Below, piece after piece: positions 50,301-60,422 of a stretch of DNA of 64,000 bases. The notes below the pieces were generated by a model that worked only from the letters and a program-made list of their open reading frames with translations, was not told where the DNA came from and ran no database searches. The translations under genes were made by a program, and so were the position numbers. The DNA comes from Macrostomum hystrix (lineage: Eukaryota; Animalia; Platyhelminthes), in NCBI GenBank assembly GCA_950097015.1, contig CATNEN010000025.1:4712001-4776000 (forward strand), given 5' to 3'. How positions within the stretch are numbered: the first letter of the stretch is position 1; each line of letters begins with the position of its first letter.

Positions 50301-53300
50301 TTCAGTTTGGACTTTCTAAACGGGCAGGTGTAGAAGTCAGGCGGCTGGTTCGGCACCACCTGTTCCATGGCGTTCGGTATGCGCAGGTGTTGAAACACGT
50401 GACCCGACCAGTTCTCGGTAGGATTTTGCCTCGTCTTGGAATCAATAGGTGAGATAATAACTATAGAAAGTTATAGAATAAATACTTATCTTATTTATTT
50501 TGATGAAAAATAATTCGGTAATTAGCAGAATCGATCAGTTGTGTTTCTGTGCTCATATATAAATTATTAGTGTTTTTTCAGTGAAATAGGAGCTTTTTTC
50601 TGACATGTAATGTTCCAAATTTTGGTATTTGAAGAAAATATTTTAAGTGAATTCTACCCTTGTGTACTGTACTGGAAAAAGGTTACATTCGAGTCGAATG
50701 TACATTTAAGTCACATGTACATCTAACTGAATGTACATTGGAGTCAAATGTACATATTGCCGAATGTACATATAAGTAAACGTAATTTTAGCTTAATGTA
50801 CACTCTGGTCTCATGTACAGTCTAGCCAAATGTACGTCTTATTCAACAAGGCGTTAACGATATAAGATTCCCAAGTTATTTTGACTTTTCTATTTGATAA
50901 AAAGACGTCAATAATAGATAGATAAATGCTTTACGCATTGCTGAGTCAAACAAATGTTGCAGCAAGCACGTCTATAGAATTGTGTGTGTGTGTGTATTCG
51001 ACAGAAAAAATTAAGAGAGTAAAATCTTGGCTTGCCAAAACGTATAACTAAATAAAAGATAAATAATGTGGTTTATAAAACTAAGTAACCATCGATTAAC
51101 GATCTAGTCGGTATATATATTTGCTCTCACACGGTTGAGTAGCTGAAATGATGCAGAGGTGGCGAGTGCGAAAGGACCATTATTAATCACCAACTGTTTG
51201 GCAAAGGAAAACAGTGCACAATTCCCTTGTGCAATAGGTACCATTTTTACTATTTTGGAGCTTCTGTACTACAACGCTGCAACGGTTTGTCCTCAAACAG
51301 ACAGTTGATTCGTTTTATCTATTTGTCCTAAACTTAGTATTTTTTATTACAATTGCTCCTTATTAAGAATTAGCCGAATCCCTTGATTTATAAATAGACT
51401 ACTTTACCTATTAGTTTACATTTACGACTTTATCGATGAATTTCTATTAACGACGAATTTCCATACATGACGAATTTCTATTATCGATGAATTTCCATAC
51501 ATGACGAATTTCTATTAACGACGAATTTCCATACATGACGAATTTCTATTATCGATGAATTTCAATTACCAATGAGTTTCTATTATCGATGAATTTCTAT
51601 TATCGACGAATTTATTTTATCGATGAATTTCAATTACCAATAAATTTCTATTATCGACGAATTTCTTTTATCGACGAATTTCTTTTATCGACGAATTTCT
51701 TTTATCGATGAATTTCAATTACCAATGAGTTTCTATTATCGACGAATTTCTTTTATCCATGAATTTCAATTACCAATGAGTTTCTATTATCGACGAATTT
51801 CTTTTATCCATGAATTTCAATTACCAATGAGTTTCTATTATCGACAAATTTCTTTTATCGACGAATTTCAATTACCAATGAGTTTCTATTATCGACGAAT
51901 TTCTTTTATCGATGAATTTCAATTACCAATGAGTTTCTATTATCGACAAATTTCTTTTATCGACGAATTTCAATTACCAATGAGTTTCTATTATCGACGA
52001 ATTTCTTTTATCCATGAATTTCTTTTATCGACGAATTTCTTTTATCGACGAATTTCTTTTATCGACGAATTTCTTTTATCGATGAATTTCTTTTATCCAT
52101 GAATTTCTTTTATCGACGAATTTCTTTTATCGACGAATTTCTTTTATCCATGAATTTCTTTTATCGACGAATTTCTTTTATCGACGAATTTCTTTTATCG
52201 ACGAATTTCTTTTATCGACGAATTTCTTTTATCGACGAATTTCTAGTATCGACGAATTTCTTTTAACGATGAATTTAGCGACGAACTATTTCACTTGACG
52301 AGCTCCCCTAATTGACGAATTTCGGACATCGAGGATTTTGCTGGGACACAAAGGGATTCCAAGACAATAGAAGATTTTTCGAATTTCTGAATTTCTAAAA
52401 GCTTTTAACCTAAAATGGCGAATAGTTATCCATCAACCGAATAGTTAAGAATTTATTGAGTTTATTTCGCGAGTCTCAGTTTTGTCGGCAAAAACTAATT
52501 TACCAAAAAGAACAGTCTTCCGCTTACCTGGAGTGGCGCTCGCAGGCTCAGATCCTCCGCATAGTAGCACATAACCTCCCACGGGATGAAAAGCTTTAGA
52601 AAGTGCATGCGCTTCTTCTCGCTGCTGCTTGTCTCCTGCGGGGATATTAGCAATCTATTGGGTCAATAATTGAGTAGATTATTAACAAATTCTGAGAAGC
52701 GTAGAAACAAGAAAATAATGGGAAAGTAAAATAGACTACTGAATCATGAATTGATCACTGCCGAGATGAGGGTAAAACAGAGAGCGGAAAGAGAGGAACA
52801 GATAGGATAGTGGAATAGAGAGCGGGAAAAGGGAGAGGGAGAGAGCGGAAAAGGGGAAAGAAAGTGCGGAAAGAGAGAGGGAGAGAGCGGAGAGGGAGAG
52901 GGAGAGAGCGGAGAGGGAGAGGCAGAGAGCGGAGAGGGAGAGGCAGAGAGCGGAGAGGGAGAGGCAGAGAGCGGAGAGGGAGAGGCAGAGAGCGGAGAGG
53001 GAGAAAGAAAGTGCGGAAAGAGAGAGGGAGAGAGCGGAGAGGGAGAGGGAGAGAGCGGAAAGAGAGAGGGAGAGAGCGGAGAGGGAGAGACAGAGAGCGG
53101 AGAGGGAGAGGCAGAGAGTGGAGAGGGAGAAAGAAAGTGCGGAAAGAGAGAGGGAGAGAGCGGAGAGGGAGAGGAAGAGAGCGGAGAGGGAGAGGGAGAG
53201 AGCGGAGAGGGAGAGGGAGAGAGCGGAGAGGGAGAGGGAGAGAGCGGAGAGGGAGAAAGAAAGTGCGGAAAGGCAGAGCAAGAGGGCAGTAGAGCTGGAA

Positions 53301-56300
53301 AAGTTAATTCTGCATGTTCTATACAATTAAGGCAGTGTGATTCTACCTTATCTCAAGCTCTCGTTATCTGAGGACAAGACAAAAATTAGCTCATTTCAAT
53401 CAAGCAGTGACGTGGCGGCAACGTCTCTTATATTCCTTATTTGAGTCTTCCTGCTGCTCTCAGAAACAAATACTAAATTTACTCATGTGAAGGACACGGT
53501 TTTCCGAAGACTTCTAAGAACAAAACAGACCATGCGGCGAAACGGGACACTCGGCCAGACTCCATCGGTTTTTTCCTTCACGCTTCCTTCTCGATCTCCC
53601 ATTGTCGCGTGCTTGTAGCGCTAATTCCTAATGACCCAGCGATTGGGATTGGGGATAATGATCCAAGCCGTTCAAACTGCCCGCTTGTCCCCCGGAGATT
53701 GCTGCAGGCAAACAGAAGTCGCAGTTTGATGTCAGAGAGATGTCAAACAAAAAATTGTTTGCCTATTTTCATTATCTGGCTATAAAGAGAGGCTGACCTC
53801 GCTAATCCCCCTGAAAATATCATGCAAGATTCAGCGCACTTCAATGACTGCTAACAGTTTCTAAATCAGAAAATTGCACTGCCCGATTTGGAAAGCATCG
53901 CTCTACATGGCATGCTCTCAATTCAAGCCAAATGTACACTAGGCGAAATTTTAACTTCTAGCAAAAGTGCATTCTAGCCTATGTACATTCGAACAAGATG
54001 TACATTCTTGTCTATGTACATTCTAGTCTATGTGCATTATAGTCTACGTACATTCTAGCCTATGTACATTCTAGTCTACGTACATTCTAGTCTATGTGCA
54101 TTATAGTCTACGTACATTCTTGTCTATGTACATTCTAGTCTATGTACATTCTTGTCTATGTACATTCTAGCATGCTAGTTTATGTACATTATATACTCGT
54201 TTTCTACCCTATGTACATTGTATATTTAGCCTATTTACGTTAAGAGTCTAGAATGCACAAATGTTGGCTAACTATTACCTCTTCGATTTCAACTCCGGCC
54301 CGACGCAAATTAGATTCGAACCTGCGTCGACACAGCGCCCGCCTGACAGCCTCGGCCGCTGCCGCTTCACCTCCTGAGGGGATCAGATCCTCTTCCCACA
54401 CCAGCACATAGTCTACAATGCAGGAGGAAGAATTAGAATCAGAAAGTACATGCATTCTGGATTTGGGAGTACGGGGATCAGATCCTTTCGGGGATTCGAG
54501 AAAATCGGGATCAGATCCTCATCGGGATTCTAGAAAATTGGGATCAGATCCTCATCGGAGATTCAAGAAAATTGGGATCAGATCCTCATCGGGATTCGAG
54601 AAAATTGGGATCAGATCCTCATCGGGATTCTAAAAAATTGGGATCAGATCCTCATCGGGGATTCTAGAAAATTGGGATCAGATCCTCATCGGGATTCTAG
54701 AAAATTGAGATCAGATCCTCATCGGGGATTCGAGAAAATTGGGATCAGATCCTCATCGGGGATTCTAGAAAATTGGGATCAGATCCTCATCGGGATTCGA
54801 GAAAATTGGGATCAGATCCTCATCGGGGATTCGAGAAAATTGGGATCAGATCCTCATCGGGGATTCGAGAGTCGATTGCTGAGTTTTGAGTTCAAAGACT
54901 CCTTACCGATGCGCTTCTCGGAGTCTTCACCGTTGATTGCGCTGGCGCTGGCGGAAGCAGCCGGATGAGGAGAGGAGCCGCCATCTTGGCCTAGATCCCC
55001 AAGTGGGATGGCGTCCTCGGCGGCATCTGTCTCGGACTAGGAAAAGAGCGGATATCCAGGTTTAGAAACTCATAATGTGCTCACATTTTGAGCACTTTTT
55101 AGCTGTACTCTACTCTCTCATTCTTCGCTTTCTCCATTATCACACTCATTTAGCACTCCATGATCACACTCATTTAGCACTCCATGATCACACTCATTTA
55201 GCACTCCATGATCACACTCATTTAGCACTCCATGATCACACTCATTTAGCACTCCATGATCACACTCATTTGGCACTCCATGATCACACTTATTTAGCAC
55301 TCTATGATCACACTCATTTAGCACTCCATTATCACACTCATTTAGCACTCCATGATCACACTCATTTAGCACTCCATGATCACACTCATTTAGCACTCCA
55401 TGATCACACTCATTTAGCACTCCATGATCACACTCATTTAGCACTCCATGATCACACTCATTTGGCACTCCATGATAACACTCATTTAGCACTCCATGAT
55501 CACACTCATTTAGCACTCCATGATCACACTCATTTAGCACTCCATGATCACACTCATTTAGCACTCCATGATCACACTCATTTAGCACTCCATGATCACA
55601 CTCATTTAGCACTCCATGATCACACTCATTTAGCACTCCATGATCACACTCATTTAGCACTCCATGATCACACTCATTTAGCACTCCATGATCACACTCA
55701 TTTAGCACTCCATGATCACACTCATTTGGCACTCCATGATCACACTCATTTAGCACTCCATGCTCACACTCATTTAGCACTCCATTATCACACTCATTTG
55801 GCACTCCATGATCACACTCATTTAGCACTCCATGATCACACTCATTTAGCACTCCATGATCACACTCATTTAGCACTCCATGATCACACTCATTTAGCAC
55901 TCCATGATCACACTCATTTAGCACTCCATGATCACACTAAGAGACTATTTGATGAAACTAATTTATCACTTCAGAACGCGCTCTCATTTCATCTAGCCGT
56001 GAACTCGATCTGTTTCATAAAGTGCAGACTTGTGGTAAAATTATTACTTAGTCCAAATCAATCCTTACTTGCTATCCAGAAGCAGAGATTCTGAGGCTAA
56101 TCAACAGGCGGTACACTTTGCCTACAATCCAATTTTTTCCTTGATTTCATCCACCTCATCGAGTTGGACTGCTAGTAGAGAACATTCTCAGAGCCCTCCT
56201 AGAAACAAATCTGTCCTATGACTAACACTAAACAAACCGCACAGGATAGGAAAATAGATGTGCATGGGACTATAATAAGCTGTTTCGCTATAACTATAAA

Positions 56301-57873
56301 AATGACTTTATTGCCTCCCTCGCGCCGCAGGGATTTGGGCCACTGCATTCCTCACCAAATAATTAACATTAATTAGCAGGCATCGTAAATAGGATAGAAT
56401 TGACAAGCTCAAATAGAGGATGCGATAGAGGCGAAGACTAATGAACTTTGGGGATTCGGATAATGAACGATCGCAATTCCTTTTCTAGATCCCTTCGACC
56501 CATAATCCCTGTCTGTCTCCCTACTTTACCTGTATCCTGAATATTATCTCCCTATTCTACTTTCTGCCTAATCGAACGGCGTCCCTATTCTACATATGCC
56601 CCTTAACTACCTGTGTCCCTAATCTACCGGCGTCCCTAATCTACCTGCGTCCCTAATCTACCCGCGTCCCTAATCTACATATGCCCCTTAACTACCTGTG
56701 TCCCTAATCTACCTGCGTCCCTAATCTACCTACGTCCCTAATCTACCCGCGTCCCTAATCTACATATGCCCCTTAACTACCTGTGTCCCTAATCTACCTG
56801 CGTCCCTAATCTACCTGCGTCCCTAATCTACCTGCGTCCCCAATTCTCTCAATTCCCCAATTCTCCCAATTCCCCAATTCTCCCAATTCCCCAATTATCC
56901 CAATTCCCCAATTCTCCCAATTCCCCAATTCTCCCAATTCCCCAATTCTCCCAATTCCCCAATTCTCCCGATTCCCCAATTCTCCCAATTCCCCAATTCT
57001 CCCAATTCCCCAATTCTCCCAATTCCCCAATTCTCCCGATTCCCCAATTCTCCCAATTCCCCAATTCTCCCAATTCCCCAATTCTCCCAATTCCCAAATT
57101 CTCCCAATTCCCCAATTCTCCCAATTCCCCAATTCTCCCAATTCCCCAATTCTCCCAATTCCCCAATTCTCCAATTCCCCAATTCTGCCAATTCCCCAAT
57201 TCCCCAATTCCACAATTCCCCAATTCTTCCAATTCCCCGATTCCCCAATTCTCCTAATTCCCCAATTCTCCCAATTCCCCAATTCTCCCAATTCCCCAAT
57301 TCTCCCAATTCCCCAATTCTCCAATTCCCCAATTCTGCCAATTCCCCAATTCCCCAATTCCCCAATTCTTCCAATTCCCCGATTCCCCAATTCCCCAATT
57401 CTCCTAATTCCCCAATTCTCCCAATTCCCCAATTCTCCCAATTCCCCAATTCTCCCAATTCCCCAATTCTCCCAATTCCCAAATTCTCCCAATTCCCCAA
57501 TTCTCCCAATTCCCCAATTCTCCCAATTCCCCAATTCTCCCAATTCCCAAATTCTCCCAATTCCCCAATTCTCCCAATTCCCCAATTCTCCCAATTCCCC
57601 AATTCTCCCAATTCCCCAATTCTCCAATTCCCCAATTCTGCCAATTCCCCAATTCCCCAATTCCCCAATTCTTCCAATTCCCCGATTCCCCAATTCCCCA
57701 ATTCTCCTAATTCCCCAATTCTCCCAATTCCCCAATTCTCCCAATTCCCCATCGGGAAAAATGTTAAATTCATCAGCTAAAGAAGACAACGCATGTTCAG
57801 CCTACAAGAATAAGCCTGAAGGTTTTCTGCTCACCCGCAGCCGGCAGTTGAAGCTCATGGAGTGGCGGTACAT
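35376..57873 (-). CDS. ANO: Anoctamin/TMEM16 Ca2+-activated chloride channel or scramblase (ANO7/subdued-like), about 864 aa
   Basis: Phase-consistent exons (5' to 3'): 57873-57835 (tentative), 55036-54907, 54412-54279, 52635-52528, 50434-50298, 47486-47318, 46963-46801, 44987-44897, 44494-44328, 41763-41543, 39208-39013, 38700-38589, 38517-38365, 37413-37071, 36452-36228, 35582-35376. Motifs [67 protein letters not shown]. Confidence 0.95.
37513..38007 (-). mobile_element. SINE family A copy interrupted by a hAT MITE
   Basis: Collinear with the 28108-28471 copy on both sides of the 37680-37826 insert. Confidence 0.88.
37680..37826. mobile_element. 147-bp hAT-type MITE
   Basis: Perfect 16-bp TIRs cagggacaactaaaac / gttttagttgtccctg; 8-bp TSD gtcaggca at 37672-37679 and 37827-37834. 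Confidence 0.92.
38190..38300. repeat. 35-bp repeat x3 (cactctgagcacagcacatacgtgtactagtccgc) adjoining a degraded SINE A 3' fragment
   Basis: Three copies; the preceding 38153-38200 resembles gaggaggcaattctgccc...ctgagcaca of SINE A. Confidence 0.8.
38739..38975 (+). mobile_element. tRNA-derived SINE family B with CORE-like central domain, 11-bp TSD
   Basis: Head gggttgtagccttgcggttagagcg...ggttcgattcc; core tagcaagacacttaactctgcattgcttcagtt...taaatgggtacc; TSD attcactacta at 38728-38738 and 38976-38986. Confidence 0.85.
39290..39545. repeat. 23-bp minisatellite (aatccatcatcttcaacccaccg)
   Basis: About 11 units. Confidence 0.92.
40130..41520. repeat. 23-bp minisatellite (ggaaactgcctaaattgaca[ctc/ata])
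   Basis: About 60 units abutting the donor of ANO exon 41763-41543. Confidence 0.96.
41916..42262 (-). mobile_element. SINE family A copy
   Basis: Same head, core and (ATT)n tail as the other copies. Confidence 0.88.
42308..44145 (+). mobile_element. Non-autonomous internally deleted LTR retrotransposon (probably Ty3/Gypsy-derived)
   Basis: LTRs 42308-42774 and 43672-44145 differ by one visible substitution and two small indels; PBS tggttccctagacc (tRNA-Glu-like) at 42777-42790; PPT aaaaggggaaga before the 3' LTR; 5-bp TSD actta at 42303-42307 and 44146-44150. Confidence 0.93.
45100..46740. repeat. 34-bp minisatellite (aacatctggggatggtagaagcgacgacccactg)
   Basis: About 48 units. Confidence 0.96.
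47630..47830. repeat. 18-bp quasi-palindromic minisatellite (tttgggattccccaaaag)
   Basis: About 11 units. Confidence 0.92.
48490..50185. repeat. 30-bp minisatellite (atgactcattccctgagatttgatcagatc)
   Basis: About 56 units; explains the 611- and 578-aa ORFs. Confidence 0.97.
50690..50835. repeat. Degenerate 16-bp TGTACA-core repeat
   Basis: aatgtacatt recurs at about 16-bp period. Confidence 0.7.
51430..52320. repeat. 16-bp-based minisatellite (tcgacgaatttcttta) with 48-bp higher-order units
   Basis: Periodic tcga[c/t]gaatttc motif. Confidence 0.92.
52780..53280. repeat. Polypurine array (gagagagcggagaggga)
   Basis: About 18-bp purine-rich units. Confidence 0.92.
53930..54220. repeat. 16-bp TGTACA-core minisatellite (tatgtacattctagtc)
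   Basis: About 15 units. Confidence 0.85.
54470..54870. repeat. 33-34-bp minisatellite (aaaattgggatcagatcctcatcggggattc[g/t]ag)
   Basis: About 12 units filling ANO intron 54413-54906. Confidence 0.93.
55135..55937. repeat. 24-bp minisatellite (gatcacactcatttagcactccat)
   Basis: About 33 units. Confidence 0.96.
56600..56835. repeat. 17-bp minisatellite (ctacctgcgtccctaat)
   Basis: About 13 units, most containing CCCTAA. Confidence 0.88.
56836..57750. repeat. 17-bp minisatellite (attctcccaattcccca); G-rich on the ANO sense strand
   Basis: About 54 units. Confidence 0.95.
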
Positions 57874-58419
57874 ATTCTTTCAGTTGCTGATCTTCAGGCT
57901 TAGAATATTCTCAGCTTTTCTCCAAAGACTTTTGAGAACTGCAGGCTATTATTCTCTCTTCCCCAGCAACTCAACCAGCAAATACTCGTATACCGGCAGA
58001 GCGGAGCGGGATAGGCATTGATGATGTGCGGCGAGTGTGAGTGGCATTTCCCAATGCTCAGTATATTGCCCCGAGATGGGTAAAAAATTGCAATAGCCAA
58101 TCCAAACAGACTCAAACCAGACTCAAACTTTTCTCTTCTCCATGCTCGCCTGTCTCACCCCCTACTCGTTCCTCTACCTCACCCATCAGACCAATTAAAG
58201 TCCAGATTCTGCTGTCACGGAACCGGGAAAATGGTTGCCGTATTATGCTCACTTCCTTCACTAGCTCAGCTGGTTCTTCCTATTAGGGTTAAAGTTGCGG
58301 TTCACATTGGATTACTAAGTGGATTTAACAGCTCTCGACTCAGCAGGTGACATGAATTGCTCACTTCTGGGAAAAAAGAGATGAAAACTGAAAGCTGAGT
58401 GAGACCGAAGGACAGGTAT

Positions 58420-58945
58420 GGGGTAAGAAAGAGATGAGGAGAAGGGTAAGAAAGAGATGAGGAGAAGGGTAAGAAAGAGATGAGGAGAAGGGTAAGAAAG
58501 AGATGAGGAGTGGGGTAAGAAAGAGATGAGGAGTGGGGTAAGAAAGAGATGAGGAGAAGGGTAAGAAAGAGATGAGGAGTGGGGTAAGAAAGAGATGAGG
58601 AGTGGGTAAGAAAGAGATGAGGAGTGGGGTAAGAAAGAGATGAGGAGAAGGGTAAGAAAGAGATGAGGAGAGGGGTAAGAAAGAGATGAGGAGTGGGGTA
58701 AGAAAGAGATGAGGAGTGGGGTAAGAAAGAGATGAGGAGAAGGGTAAGAAAGAGATGAGGAGAGGGGTAAGAAAGAGATGAGGAGAGGGGTAAGAAAGAG
58801 ATGAGGAGAAGGGTAAGAAAGAGATGAGGAGTGGGGTAAGAAAGATATAGAGAGAGGGGTAAGAAAGATATGAGGAGAGGGGTAAGAAAGATATAGAGAG
58901 AGGGGTAAGAAAGATATGAGGAGAGGGGTAAGAAAGAGACGAGGA
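58420..58945. repeat. 23-bp purine-rich minisatellite (gggtaagaaagagatgaggagaa)
   Basis: About 23 units. Confidence 0.95.
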
Positions 58946-59379
58946 GAGGGGTAAGAAAGAGACTATTTGCCTAGAATTGGTCCCATAAGTAATCTAGTAA
59001 TCTAATCGAATCTTGGATCTAGTCCCCTGAGGAACAGAGGGGCGAATAATTTGAGAAGCCATATGCCTGTCATTCGATTCGAAAAACTGTTTGCTCGGAT
59101 CGATTACCTGAAAGAGGGAACACTCTGCGACTTCCATTTTTTGGAGTTGACTCGCGACACGTCGTTGGCAGAAGAAAGTCGGAGCTAGGAGGTCTGCTTA
59201 TACTCGTACTTTAGACTTTGGAGTAATTTGAACCCTGCTTCTATGTACCGCTGTATTGAAAGCAAACGAATTTGTTAATAATTTTTTAATTAAGCTTGGA
59301 GGCTCCACAAAACAAAGCCCACATTTTTCGTTTAATTCTCTCCTTGTTTCTTTTCTCCCCCATACACCTTTTTTCAAAC

Positions 59380-60050
59380 CCAATCCCTCTTCTTCCCCAT
59401 TCCTCAATTTTCCTCCATTCCCCTCTTTTTCCCCATTCAACTATTCTTCCCATTCCCCCTTTATTCCCCATTCCCCTCTTCTTCCCTATTCCCCTCTTTT
59501 TCCCCATTCAAATATTCTTCCCATTCCCCTCTTCTTCCCCATTCCCCTCTTTTTCCCCATTCAACTATTCTTCCCATTCCCCTCTTCTTCCCCATCCCCC
59601 CTTTCTTACCCATTCCCACTTTCTTCCCCATTCCCCTCTTCTTCCTCATTCAACTATTCTTCCCATTCCCCTCTTCTTCCCCATCCCCCCTTTCTTACCC
59701 ATTCCCACTTTCTTCCCCATTCCCCTCTTCTTCCCCATCCCCCCTTTCTTACCCATTCCCACTTTCTTCCCCATTCCCCTCTTCTTCCCCATTCCCCATT
59801 CCCCTCTTTTTCCCCATTTAACTATTCTTCCCCATTCCCCTCTTCTTCCCCATTCCCCTCTTCTTCCCCATTCCCCTCTTCTTCCCCATTCCCCTCTCCT
59901 TCCCCATTCCCCTCTTCTTCCCCATTCCCCTATTCTTCCCCATTCCCCTATTCTTCCCCATTCCCCTCTCCTTCCCCATTCCCCTATTCTTCCCCATTCC
60001 CCTCTCCTTCCCCATTCCCCTCTCCCCATTCCCCTCTTCTTCCCCATTCC
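59380..60050. repeat. Pyrimidine-rich array (ttccccattcccctcttc)
   Basis: About 18-bp C/T units. Confidence 0.92.
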
Positions 60051-60422
60051 CCTGATTCGTCCAGCACACACGGTCTTTAGACTGAGCCGAATCAATATAT
60101 TTTGCCTTTTAGAAAAGTAATGAATGGAGACGAATTGCTTGAAACACTTGTGCTCAATCTAGTCGGCATGAATTGTTTAGATTCTTCTACCACAATTTAA
60201 CCGAAACTGCACGAACACTGATTAAAAAACATCTGCCACCCTTTTCAATGAGTTTTTAAATGAGTTTTTGTGTGATAACTTTTCGTTTGAGCATACTGCA
60301 AATTTCACTGCAGTTTAATGAATTTCACATATGAAATTAAAGTTGCTATTGAAGTTTTCACAAGAACAATTATTGCGGAAGTATTTTTTTGACCGCAACA
60401 TTAAAAGAGGGCTGGCTTATCG

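Noticed and set aside
53405-53413. UPRE-like TGACGTGG motif in an ANO intron
   Set aside because: Single 8-mer with no promoter context; expected by chance
56600-56835. Interstitial telomeric repeat
   Set aside because: TTAGGG occurs only as part of a 17-bp unit, not as tandem hexamers
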